Part shown: piece by piece, positions 35,033 through 46,983 of the stretch
Position numbering within the stretch: the stretch's first letter is position 1
Layout of the letters: every line of letters starts with the position of its first letter
Origin: Octopus sinensis
Taxonomy: Eukaryota
DNA length: 64,000 nucleotides
Direction: 5' to 3'
Assembly: GCF_006345805.1 (NCBI RefSeq)
Contig: NC_043023.1
Location: 4,588,001-4,652,000 of the forward strand
The notes under the pieces: model-generated
What the model was told of the DNA's origin: nothing
Seen by the model: the letters and a program-made list of their open reading frames with translations, nothing else
The model's database searches: none
Program-made: the position numbers and the translations under genes

Positions 35033-35509
35033 ATATTTTTTTAAATGTCTTACTTTGAAAAATTGCATTCGGTGGGATTAGTAATATTTTTGGTAGAAAT
35101 GACTAATTGTCCCTCTTAGCGTGTGGCATGTATGTATAATGCCTTCTGGCATGTATGTATAATGCCCTCTATATATAAATTTATATATATATATATATAT
35201 GGCCTGCTCGCTTAGCCAGCGGGGTGGCGTCATTCGATGGCTAAAACAATGCGAACGCATTGTGACCAGCGATGTGTAACAACATCTGATGATCACGTGA
35301 TATATATATATATATATATATAAAGATAAATTAATATATATACCATATATTATATATTATGACATTTATTTCAGTCAGCTAGTATACATTTTATTACATT
35401 AAGAAAATAATTATTTCATAAATAATTAAATTAAATTCGGAAAATATGAAGTACACCATAATAGTGATTTTATAAACTTCTATAATTTTAATTTATAAAT
35501 ACCTTGTAA

Positions 35510-36060
35510 GACACTCCTCCGGCTGGCCTAGATCATCCTGCTCAGGGTGCAGTGGAACACCGATGCCTTGCTGGGGTTCAGCATCTAGATCAGGCTGACA
35601 AGGGTGGAGGACTTCACTGCAAGCAGTGTTAGAATATTGTCAACAAACAGGTCTACAATCCTTCTGTCCACCATAGACTGATGGGCACAAATGCCAGCAG
35701 TTTGGGTAAACACCTCGCCAATGCTGAGCTGGTGTGCTTTCTTTGCTTGTGATTGTGATGACTGGCTACTGGCACTGCTTCCTGTGTTTCCCATGGGAAG
35801 CGCCAGCCTTGATCCTGTCCTCAAACTTGATGGCATGCGCTGGGTGTTTCCTCTTGACATGCGACTTCAAAATGTAGAGGCTTACTGCTTGTCCCTTGAT
35901 GGTGGTCTCCTTCGGCTGGCACATGACACACTGGAAGTACAGGGTTTTGGCATTCCTCTTATTCCTTGTCATAAGAAAAAAGTAGTCCTCCAGGTGGGGC
36001 CATGAGTTCTGAGACTACTGGCTCTCAACTTGAGTGACTTCTGCTTCATGCACAGCTATT
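35510..36060 (-). pseudogene. hAT transposase N-terminus with BED zinc finger
   Basis: WPHLEDYF..YFQCVMCQPK..LKSHVKRKH (35766-35972), then QSMVDRRIVDLFVDNIL. Confidence 0.75.
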
Positions 36061-36109
36061 GCAGATTCCTCAACAGGCCCTTTATCCCTCAGGCTGAGCA
36101 AAAATGTCT

Positions 36110-37990
36110 TCACCTTCATCATCATTTAACATCCATTGTCTATGCTGTCATGGGTTGGATGGTTTGACCAGGGCTGGTAAGCTGGAAGGTTGCACCAGTC
36201 TGATTTGGCATAGTTTTCTACAGCTGGATGCCCTTCCTAATGCCAACCATTCCGAGAGTGTAATGGGTGCTTTTACATGCCACCAATATGGGTGCCATTT
36301 GTGTGACACTGGTATCTGTCAGGACTGCAATTTGGCTGTTTCAAGAGTCTTTTCAAGCACAACATAATGCCAAAAGTCTCAGTCATTGCCTCCGTGAGGT
36401 TCAATGCTCAAAAGGAACTCAGCCACTTTGCCTCCATGGGGCCCAACACTCAAAAGGAACTCAGCCACTTTGCCTCCATGGGGCCCAACACTCAAAAGGA
36501 ACTCAACCACTTTGCCTCCATGGGGCCCAACGCTCAAAAGGAACTCAACCACTTTTCCTCTCTGAGGCCCAATGCTTGAAAGGTGCTCTTTACATGCCAC
36601 CAGTATGAGTGCCAGTTACGTGACACCAACATCAGCCGTGACTATGATTTCACTTGGCTTGACCAGTCTTCTCAAGCACAGAATACCACCAAAGGTTTCA
36701 GTCGCTAGTCATTGCCTCTGTGAGACTCAAAGTTCAAAGATCATGCTTCACCATTTTGTCCCATGTCTTCAAGGGTCTATCTCCAGCACGAGTTCCCTCC
36801 ACAGTTAGAAATCAGCACTTTTTCACACAGCTCTCCTCATCCATACACATCACATGACCATACCAGCACAGTCTTCTCTCTTGCATACCACATCTGACTC
36901 CTCTTATGCCTAGTTTTTCTCTCAAGATGTTTACTTTCTGTTGAACATGCACATTGACATTGCACATCCAGCAAAGCATACTGGCTCCATTTCTTTCAAG
37001 CTTACACATATCTTCGGCTGTCACAGCCCATGTTTCACTGCTATGTGGCATGGCTGTTCACACACAGGCACCTTACAATCTGCCTTTCACTCTGAGAGAG
37101 AGAGAGAAGCCCTTTGTTGCCAGCAGAGGTAGGAGCTCCCTGAACTTTGCCCAGCCTAATCTTATTCTCACAGCTACGCTTTCAGAGCATCCACCTCCAC
37201 TATTAACTTGGTTACCTAGATAACGAAAGTTATCTACTACCTCTAGCTTGCTCCACTGGCAGTTGAGGGAGTCTATCTTCTGCCCATTTTCAGCGTTTAT
37301 TGTACCCGTGCATCTTCTGCATACAAAAGCTAGTTTCTCTGTTAACCTTCCTCTAATATTGCTGCATCTTTTATGCGTCCAAAGCTTACACTGGGTGCAT
37401 CTTATGGAGTTTCTACTTATACCTTTCTTACAGAACGAGCAGGGCCATCTACCTGAAGGGATTTGTGATTTGTCTACCTTCTTACTTACTAAGACTTTGG
37501 TTTTTGCTAGGTTAACTCAAAGGCCCTTCAATTCTAGACCTTGCTTTCATACCTGGAATTTGTTCTGATAGTGATTCAGCTATAAGAGCAAGGACATCAG
37601 CATAGAGAAGCTCCCAGGGGCAGCCTGTCTTAAATTCCTCTGTTATTGCCTGGAGGACTATAATGAACAAGAGGGGGCTGGGCACCAATCCTTAATGAAC
37701 CCCTACTTGGTGTACCCTGAATTCTTTGCAGTACTCATTGACAACCTTCACCTTACTGGTAGTATCCTTGTACATAACTTGTACGGCTCTAACTAACCAC
37801 TAGTCTATCCCTAGTTTCCCTGTTGACAACCAGATAAGGGATCGAGGAACCCTGTCGAAGGCTTTCTCCAAGTCAACAAAGGCCAAATACAGAGGTTTAT
37901 CTTTGGTTATGTATTTCTCCTGCAGCTGTCTTACCAGAAATATAGCGTCAGTGGTGCTTCTCTCTGGCACAAGACCAAACTGTATCTCAT
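36110..37990 (-). mobile_element. 5'-truncated RTE LINE (RT end, C-terminus, 3' UTR, GAT tail)
   Basis: 36812-37051 reads HSSETWAVTAEDMCKLERN..LREKLGIRGVRCGMQERRLCWYGHV. RT motifs lie near 37680-37900 and the tail at 36110-36300. Confidence 0.85.
36407..36575. repeat. 42-bp minisatellite (~4 copies) inside the RTE 3' UTR
   Basis: Unit ctcaaaaggaactcagccactttgcctccatggggcccaaca. The 14-aa periodicity is visible in the overlapping ORFs. Confidence 0.9.
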
Positions 37991-38809
37991 CGAGGCTAAC
38001 TCTCCCTAATTAGTTGGGCTATGACTCTCTCCATGACTTTCATCATATGATCCAACAATTTGCTACCATAACGATAAGTGATAACTTGATATGCCGATAA
38101 TGTATACTGCTGTCGCTGACTCTGTAATGTGACAACGTCATAAATGAACACAACTCAAAACTGCAGATTTACACCATGCTGTTCAGCTTGCTGCTGCTGC
38201 TGCTGCATTGACCAATCACCTCTTGTCACATGTACACCTAGTCAGCCAATAGCATGCCTGACAGATGCTTTGAGACATGCCCACATCAGACAGGAACAAA
38301 TGTTTGAATTTTGTTAGTGGACTGAAAGTTAATGGAACTAAATTTAGCAGAAGCTAATTGCTCCACTAATGGTTTCTAAAGTTAGTGAAAACGCTAATCC
38401 ACTAAACGAAAAGTTGGCTTTGCTAATTAGCTGTAAGCAGATTGGCAGAACCATGCCCACCACTGATTATTATTATTATTATTATTATTATTATTTTTGA
38501 GTGAGAGAGCAGTACATGCCATCAAAGTGATACTGGGTTACAAATATACAAAGCCCAATATACCCATCATGACTAAATGTCTGATAAGGATACACCAGGC
38601 ACAACCATATGTGTGTGACATGGTGATATCCTATCAAGGTAAACAGTGCCTAACTTTGCAGGCAAGGCCCAGTTACAATTTTCTTCAGGTCAAGTATCAC
38701 AACCTGCTCAAAAGGTCCCTGAATAAGGTTTGTTTAGGGATGATGAATGAAACACTGATGTTTCCAGAGGTGAATTATTCTAACCCCAAAGAATTATTAT
38801 TATGATAAA

Positions 38810-39020
38810 GGCTGTGAGCTGGTAGAATCTTTAGCACACCAGGCGAAATTCTTCATGGTATTTCGTCCCTCACTACATTCTGAGTTCAAATTCCGCCAAG
38901 GTCGACTTTGCCTTTCATCCTTTTGGGGATGATAAATTAAGTACCAGTTAAGCACTGGAATCAATGTAATCAACTGGTCCCCTTCCCCAAAATCTTCAGG
39001 TTTTATACCTATAGTAGAAA
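38810..39020 (+). mobile_element. Third SINE-like family (ttctgagttcaaattccgccaaggtcgac core)
   Basis: Related copies at ~3700-3900, 33880-34015, 39250-39380 and 54130-54290. Confidence 0.7.
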
Positions 39021-39023
39021 GGA

Positions 39024-39061
<38 letters not shown>

Positions 39062-39250
39062 ATTATTATTATTATTATTAATATTGTTATTGTTGTTGTT
39101 GTTGTTGTTGTTGTTGTTATTGATGTTGTTGTTGTTGTTGTTGTTATTATTATTGATGTTGTTGTTATTATTATTATTATTGATATTGTTGATATTGTTA
39201 TTATTATTATCATTATTATTATTATTGTTATTGTTAATATTATTATTATG
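39020..39250. repeat. Compound (TAT)n/(TGT)n microsatellite
   Basis: Directly visible. Confidence 0.95.
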
Positions 39251-39605
39251 GCAGTGAGCTGGCTGAATCATTTGCTTACTGAACAAAATGTTTTGAGGCT
39301 TTTTGTCTGCCTTTATGTTCTGAGTTCAAATGCCACTGAGGTTGACTTTACCTTTCATCATTTTGGGGGGTTGATAAAATAAATAGCATTAATCCACACA
39401 CCCTACCCCAATGGGGTCTGTGCACAAGTCTTGGTAAGGTGTTTTGAGAAGACTTGGTAGTTGCCTATACAGGTAAATTTCCCCCTACCTTACTCCATGC
39501 CTGTCGAGAAATTCTTGTGACTTGGAACTTTTGTTATTGCTAGTGTTGCTGTTGGGACATAAAGATCTGGAAGAGACACAAGGCATTATTCCCAACCTTC
39601 TAAAA

Positions 39606-39965
39606 CAGTGGCTCTTAACCAGGGTCCATATGGCCTCTAGGGGTCTGTATAAAATTTTTTGGGGTCCACACAAGCAAGATAGTAATTTTGGGACCTACAG
39701 AATTCATTTAAGGATCCATGAAATAATTTTTTGCTTTAAGTATATTTATTGCCAGAAACAACTGTTTTTTTTTTTCTCTGATACTTAAAAGAGTTCAACA
39801 TGTTTCTTGCTAACATATTCAAATGAATATATGAAAACAAAATAGGAATTTTGAAAGAAATAGCTATAAAACTATTTTTTAAATATCAAATACTTATGGG
39901 GGTCCACCAGAATAAAATAGGAATCAAAGGGATCCATATATAAAAAAAATGGTTGAAAACCACTG
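39606..39965. mobile_element. hAT-type MITE
   Basis: Ends cagtggctcttaacc / ggttgaaaaccactg, with a degenerate 8-bp TSD ttctaaaa/ctctaaca. Confidence 0.7.
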
Positions 39966-40019
39966 CTCTAACAGTTTTACCAATATGAAAGAAACTTATT
40001 GTGTGTATATATATATCAA

Positions 40020-40560
40020 AAATAAAAATAAAATTCGATGACTGGCGCTAGCGGGGTGCAAAGAGCACCATACGAATGTGATCATTGACAGAACAGCTAA
40101 CTGGCTTCCGTGCCAGTGGCACTTAAAAGGCACCATTCGAGTGTGATCATTACCAGTGTCGCACTACTGGCACTTGAGCCCCATGCTAGTAGGGTATTAA
40201 GAGCACCATCCGAGCATGATCATTGCCAGAGTGACTATCTGGCCTCCATGCTGGTGGCATGTTAAAAAACACCATTCGAGCTTGATCGTTACCAGCATCG
40301 CCTTACTGGTACCCGTGCTGGTGGCATGTGTAAAAGATTTGAGCGAGGTCGTTGCCAGTACCGCCTGACTGGCCCTCGTACCGGTGGCACATAAAAGCTC
40401 CCACTACACTCTCGGAGTGGTTGGCATTAGGAAGGGCATCCAGCTGTAGAAACTCTGCCAGATCAAGATTGAAGCCTGGTGTAGCCATCTGGTTCGCCAG
40501 CCCTCAGTCATACGTCCAACCCATGCTAGCATGGAAAGCGGACGTTAAACGATGATGATA
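40020..40560 (+). mobile_element. 5'-truncated RTE 3' UTR with ~68-bp subrepeats
   Basis: Five gtggca..aaa(a)gcacc(a)ttcgag units, then the shared tail and gatgatgat. Confidence 0.75.
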
Positions 40561-40919
40561 TATATATATATATATACACACACAATAATAAATATGAGCT
40601 AAAGAAAAAAGTTTTCTTTGGCAATATGATGAAAAATAGATGCTAAATCATCTAACTATATAAAATATTTTCACTTATATTATTACACCACATGTTTTTA
40701 TAATTTTCACCTTAAAAGGTATTTTTCATTTACTGGCCACTGATAACAGATTTTAATAAGATTTTATCCTTGTATTAGAAGTATATATGTATCCGAGGTA
40801 ACACAAGTTTTCTACAATCTCAAAGGAGCCTCAGTGCTTATTATTCCTGCACAAATGCCACATACGAAGACAACTTTCTCTGTTAATAATACAGTTCTAT
40901 ATTTAAGAGATAAGGAATT

Positions 40920-41403
40920 ATGTACATTATTTACATTCAACGATATTTGTCCTCATCTTGTTTGTTGTTAACACAACATTTCGGCTGATATACCCCAACA
41001 GATGTCTTGAGAAAATTTCAAAGCTGAGTTCTCATTCCTAAGGTATTTTTCAGTGTTTTTTTTGGTGTTATTATTATTATTATTATTATCATTATTCAGA
41101 TATGAATAGCATATGGGAGCCAGTATTGAGGAAGGATAAGAAAATATTAGATTTATAAGCCCTAAAATTCATTCCATAATTGCCCACGAGCATTTGGTAT
41201 AGTGGTTAAGAGCACAGGCTACTAACCCCAAGATTTCGAGTTCAATTCCAGGCAGTTATAATAATAACATCGAAAAATACCTTAGGAATGAGAACCCAAG
41301 TTCGAAATTTCCCCAAGACACCTGATGAAGGCTGGAGGGTATATCAGCTGAAACGTTGTGTTAACAACAAGATGAGGACAAATATCCATCAAATGTAAAT
41401 AAT
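40920..41403 (+). mobile_element. tRNA-promoter plus hammerhead element with inverted, 5'-truncated partner
   Basis: A box TGGTATAGTGG 41195-41205, B box GAGTTCAATTCC 41238-41249, hammerhead 41317-41362. 40920-41100 is the reverse complement of 41260-41403 with the core deleted. Confidence 0.75.
41317..41362 (+). ncRNA. Minimal type I hammerhead ribozyme with an extra A after A9
   Basis: Stem I GACAC/GTGTT; CTGATGA 41322-41328 plus A; stem II GGCTG/CAGCT; GAAA 41350-41353; palindromic ACGT stem III; GUU triplet. Confidence 0.75.
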
Positions 41404-41829
41404 TCCTCTGTTAATGCTGTATAGTGAAACTGCACACCCCTCTCAGTAGCCAGTCGTCAGAAAGAAGGTCAGAAGGTCGAGAGTACGTGTAGACTGTGTT
41501 GATAGTTGTGTCTGTGCTGACATAGTAACTATACTGTTATACTGAGTGGATGTTATAACAATCCAACCTTTTGAGGATAATAAAAACTGTATGACTTAGG
41601 GGATCATACAGTGTCAGATAGAACCATTCTATCAATGACTTCAGAATATAACAATATCTGTCAGAGCGACAACCACCATCAAAAGTCAGATACAACAGTG
41701 GCAAAAGACCACTTTACAACAGTTAACTTACCTGTGATTCTGCTAGACCTCTTATGTGTCTATAACTTGCACCAGGTGCAATAAGTAGAATTTTTTCCAT
41801 CACCTTCTTGCATATTGACAGGGCCATTT

Positions 41830-42170
41830 ATATAACAGAAAGAGAGTCTTGCTAACAACAGCTTTGGTTTTCACTAGATTATTTTTAAGGCCCTTTGATT
41901 TCAGGTTTTGCTTCCATACTCTTCTCCAGTTCTACTACAGATTTCTCTATAAAATCTGCATATAATAGTTCCCATATGCAACCAGTTTTGAATCCCTTTG
42001 TTATAGCCTGGAGGACTGTGATGAATAAGAGTGGACTGAGAACTGAGCCCTGGAGAACCCCTACTCATACACTAAATTCATCACTGTATTCATGGCCAAC
42101 TCTCACCCAGCTGACAGCACTGCTGTACATTGCTCTAACAAGCTATTTTTCTACTCTATTATTGCTATCT
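41830..42170 (-). mobile_element. RTE reverse transcriptase fragment
   Basis: Minus strand VGVLQGSVLSPLLFITVLQAITKGFKTGCIWELLYAD. Confidence 0.8.
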
Positions 42171-42678
42171 GCTAGCCCCTGACCTGTGTGTTCCATCCAC
42201 ACATAACTCCTTCATACACTATGCCTAGCTCTCACAAACCAATCCTGTCCTCACACCCTCGTTCCTCTGTATCATTGCCATCCAGTAGCCCTCCCACAAC
42301 TCTATACATACCCAGGTCTTTTGCCACTTACTCGCACTCTTCAATCACACCCCCTTTACAATATCCCGCCACTTATATTATGGCATTTGAACCCCAAGGG
42401 TATGCCCTGGCACTTGCCACCATCTATATCTCTCTCTTCCTTTACTCAACCATCCCATTTATATTCTGATCCTTGTTCCTTGTCAGTATGCCCAGCATTT
42501 TGCCACCATTTCTAACAGTCTACTACTTTACTTTATAATATGTAATTTGGGGTTGAAAGACCCTTTTTGGATAGAAAAAGTTGAAGGCTGTTGTCATAGC
42601 TACATGGGAGAGCAGTACATGTCCCACAAGAAACCTTTGACTTTTCAATCCTAAAGGGGTTTTCAACCCAATATGTAT

Positions 42679-43830
42679 CAGGGTGTTCCGAAAATAATGG
42701 CTGATTTCAGAAACATAATTTTATTCTGGAAAAATTAGCAATAGAAACGTTTTGATTAGTCAAAGTATGAGCTGTGAACATCTCTGCATCTCTGCCATCG
42801 ATCAACAAGATTATTTATGCCTTGTTGATAAAAACTTATTGGCTTTGATGCTAAGAAATCTTTGAAAGCTGATTCCACCTAAGGTTTGGACCTGAAAGTT
42901 TTATCACTTAAAAGGAGTTTAAATGCTTTAAAAAATGGTAGTCTGTGGGTGAAAGATCAGGAGAATATAGAAGATGTGGTAAAGTCTCATATCCCAAGTC
43001 TTTGAGTTTCAGCAGCATCATTCTTGCAACATGTGGCTTTGCATTACTGTGGAGAACAATTGGGCCACGCCGATTCACCAATGCAGGTCTCATTTTTTGC
43101 AAGTGAGCATGCATTTCAGCGAGTTGATTGCAATAAACCTCTGCTGTAATGCTCTGATTGGCTTCCAGAAAGCTGTAATAGACAACATTAATTGCAGACC
43201 ACCTGACAGTCACCATAATCATTTGCTGATATAACTTTGGCTTTGGGAAATGTTTGGGGGACTCATCATGATCAAGCTATTGACCTGATCGTTTACGGTT
43301 ATCATAAAGGATCCACTTTTCGTCACAAGTGACTATTCACTCGAGAAGGATCATTGGTGTTTCACAGAAAGAGCGTTGAGCACATTTCAAAATACCGAAC
43401 TATTTGATTTTCATTGAGCTCATGCGGTACCCATTTATCGAGCTTTTTCACCTTACCAATCTTCTGCGGATTGTGTGAGACTGTTGCAACACTGACACCA
43501 AGTGCCTGAGACATTTCTCTGACATTTTGACGTGGGTTTTTTCCAACAATTGCTTTCAATTGTTCATTGTCAAGACTGCATCACCTTCCTCTACCGTCCT
43601 TCATCTTCAAAGCTCTCATCACCACTACAGAATTTTTGAAGCTACCTTCATACTATGCAATCACTTGTGGACCCCTTTCCCCATGCTCTGTTGATATTGA
43701 CAGCAGTTTGGGGAGGCATTGTGCCCAAAGCTTGAACTCATGCAAGGAAAGTAAGCAATGGTCCTCTTTTTGTCATGTTCGTAATTAAGGGCGCCTATGC
43801 TTCAAGAATGTTTTCCGTCTGAAAAAGTAG
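42679..43830 (-). mobile_element. Mariner (DD34D) transposon remnant
   Basis: WVPHELNENQ (43362-43559), LHSNAKPH and YSPDLSPTDYHF (42908-43222). Terminus cagggtgttcc at 42679. Confidence 0.9.
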
Positions 43831-43987
43831 AAAATTAGTAAAGATCATACATCAATTATTAAGTATATTGAAATTCATCTAAAATATAATTAAAATACTA
43901 TGATAGAATTGCGTTTCAAAACACAACACTTAGAGCAGGCATTATTTTCAGAACAGCCTAATACATGCTGTTATTTGTTATTTTCAG

Positions 43988-44295
43988 CAATAGTTCTCAA
44001 CCATTTTTTACCTATGGACCCCTTTGTTTACTGTTTTATTCTGGTAGACGCCCCAACCCATAGCCATTCAATGTTTAAAAACTAGTTTCATATGCGCTGC
44101 TTTCAAAATTCCTATTTTGTTTCCACACATTAACTTGTATAGGTTGAACTATGTAATAAACCATCAGAGCAAGAAACCTAGCTGTTCCTTTCAATAAATC
44201 CATCTGAAGCAAAGCTTTTTTACAGACCTTTAAAATACTTCTGTAGATCTCCAATTTCCTATTTTGCTGGCATGAACCCCAGATGAGAACCACTG
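43988..44295. mobile_element. hAT-type MITE just upstream of exon C
   Basis: Ends caatagttctcaacc / tgagaaccactg; same family as 39606-39965. Confidence 0.6.
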
Positions 44296-44385
44296 ATTTA
44301 GAATGTTTGTGTGGTTATTGTTAAATATGTTTATTTTATTTTAATTAATTAGTTATTTTTAATTAATGAATGTTTCTATTGACAG

Positions 44386-45258
44386 GAGATCCTGATGAAC
44401 CTGAAGCTGTGTTTGGAGGGTCACGTTTGGCTCCTGGTGCTATCATTGGCATTGTTATTGCTGTGCTTCTACTCATAGCCTTTGCCTTTGCACTCTGCTA
44501 CATGTATAATACAGGAATATTAACAGGCAAGCGGCGCCGACATAACAGATCCAAGAGCCTGACTAAAGTACCACTAGGTACCAATGGATCGATGGCAAGT
44601 GTGGTAACTGCTGGGTCAGAGTCAGTTTTGGGACAGGAAAAGACAAATGCACAAATCAGAAGTGATGGGGGAGGGCACGTGAACCGTGCATACAATACCC
44701 TTGTGTTGAATTCCATGTTGGCAACATCTCAGGGAAAGGGGAGATCAGATGGAGAAGGTAATGTTAAATTGGGCCGGAGTATTAGTAGAGGTAGCAGTAT
44801 AAATATTGCAGACAGGCCAGCTTTGACCCCACCTCATACTACTGGCAAGCAATACAATAAATATCACAGCTCAGATGAACAGGAACCAGATGCTGAGTAC
44901 CTGGAACCAGTGAGCCATAGACGTTCTGGACGGCTGAACACTGTGACCTTTGACACAAAGCCAAGTCACTTTGAAAGAAGCTTTAATGGAGGTCTCTCAC
45001 AACAACAACAAAGCCCTCATGGTTCACACAGAGGGTCGGGGTCAAGGTCACAGGCACGCCCTAACACTGACCGGCACAGTGGACGAAGCGCAACGTCATA
45101 CAATGAGATACAACAGCTGCCTGACTTGTTTGTCAATGACCCAGAGAGCAAGGCCCAACACTCACAGAAGTCACGGTCCCCACGGGATTCCAGCAGAGAC
45201 CAGTCTCCAAAGCGACGGACTCCTTCCTACCGCTACAATCCCTCCACTGACAACAACA
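44386..45258 (+). CDS. Coding exon C: transmembrane helix and proximal cytoplasmic tail
   Basis: Acceptor ttgacag|, donor |gtaagt at 45259; phase 1 to phase 1. TM AIIGIVIAVLLLIAFAFALCYMY (44439-44507) is followed by the basic stop-transfer KRRRHNR. 873 nt open in AT-rich DNA. Confidence 0.9.
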
Positions 45259-45311
45259 GTAAGTTGAGTCACATTTTTGTTCTTGTTACATCCATTTATA
45301 TACATGCATGC

Positions 45312-45350
<39 letters not shown>

Positions 45351-45665
45351 TACTTATTGTTATATTTGGGGATGGTCATACTTTTACCAATTAACCACAA
45401 GCATTATATATTTGTCTTCACTTTAGCTTTATTTTTATTCATATTTTAATGTCCTTTGTCTGAAATCTTTCATAATACATACAGTAACCTCTTCAGCAAC
45501 ACTCCAACCTTACAGAAAGGCAGAGACACATGGAATGGAGGGTCACAGAACAAAAGAGTTTGGGCAAAGGGCACTAAAATAAGAATAAAGATAGAGTGGA
45601 AGTGATGAACAAGTATATAGTGTTTGTAGTTAATTGGCAAAAATATGACCAACCCCAAATATAAC

Positions 45666-45707
<42 letters not shown>

Positions 45708-46361
45708 TATATTTGTATCTAAATTTTGTATGACTCTATTATTCTTTCTATTCTTTCCTTCTTTCCATCAGCCCTTTCACACTTCATTCCACTTCTCTCA
45801 CTTTTCCTGGCCTTCTCTTCATGCTCACTTTCCCTCTTTCACTTCACTGAGTCTCTTTCATTTTTTTTTCTCATCCCTCCTTAATCCTTCTATCCCTTTG
45901 ATTCTACCTCTCTCTCTCTCTTCTATCCCCACGTGACCAGTGGTCAGCCAGGCCTGACCTTTCTTTCTTGGTTCAACTACCATCCGTGCAACATCTATAT
46001 TCCTCCCTGTGCCTGTTAAATCTTGTTTCTACCGTAAGGCTTTACTTCCACACACGCCAGCTTAATTTAATTCATCCTTAGTCGAAAGACACCTGTTGTT
46101 ATGCCCTGTTAATTGCATTTGTATTTGTGTGACATTTCTGTTTTTTTCTGTCCTTGTTTCCATATGCATTTGCTGCTTTCTTCCAAGGAATCTAATGCTC
46201 TTTTTCCTTGGGGCTCGCCAGATTGGAACAATCTCGAGTATAACCAGCCAAAATTGCAAAGATAATCTGGAACTCAACTGAGGATAGAAAACTCCGAATG
46301 ACCCATCCTTGTTTTCTTTGTATCGTCTGTCTAGATGTTTTGCGCTCTTGTCCCATTTTTG

Positions 46362-46431
<70 letters not shown>

Positions 46432-46668
46432 TGTCTGTGTTTGTCCCCCCTCCATCACTTAACAACCGATGTTGGTGTGTTTATGTCCCCATAACTTAGC
46501 GGTTTGGTAAAAAAGACCGATAGAATAAGTACTAGGCTTACAAAGAATAAGTCTTGGGGTCAGTTTGTTCCACTATAGGCGGTGCTCCAACTTGGCCAGA
46601 GTCAAATGATTGAAACATATAAAGGAATAAAAGAATATATATGTTTGTTTAGATAGATATATACATAT

Positions 46669-46716
<48 letters not shown>

Positions 46717-46938
46717 GTCTGTGTGTTAATACCATCGATATAGTTGAACAACAATAGAGCCATCAATATAGGCACTTGATGAACAGGAAGAATAAGTGCT
46801 CAACACCACATCAGTGGATAAATATTCTTTATTTGTGGGTTAACTAGGCTACCATTGGCTTCATGTTATTAAGGTATATTACTTAACAATTATCAAGCTT
46901 ATTGGGGGAATGATAATTGTTAAGAGCTATATTTCTCC

Positions 46939-46983
<45 letters not shown>

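Larger units (their letters stand above)
34314..35181. mobile_element. Young retrozyme/Penelope-pLTR-like insertion: 479-bp unit, 150-bp redundancy and 225-bp inverted copy
   Basis: 34314-34463 is repeated at 34793-34943, and 34431-34655 is inverted at 34956-35181 (near identical). It is flanked by (TA)n on both sides and carries two hammerheads. Confidence 0.85.
34026..38465 (-). mobile_element. hAT transposon (~4.4 kb including nested insertions)
   Basis: 12-bp TIR CAGTGGTGGGCA at both ends and 8-bp TSD ATTATTAT (34018-34025, 38466-38473). A BED-finger transposase remnant lies inside. Confidence 0.85.

Noticed and set aside
41191-41267. Functional tRNA gene (also SINE heads at 7982, 19160-19278 and 53060)
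   Set aside because: A and B boxes are present but there is no complete acceptor stem or cloverleaf; these are SINE-type heads.
44370-45449. ORFs 44370-45449 and 47611-49365 as separate single-exon genes
   Set aside because: Their starts and the tail of the first run through intronic pyrimidine/TA sequence. Canonical splice sites join them in frame.
46275-46305. CTGAGGA...TCCGAATGACC motif
   Set aside because: Stem II cannot form with this core and GAAA is absent.
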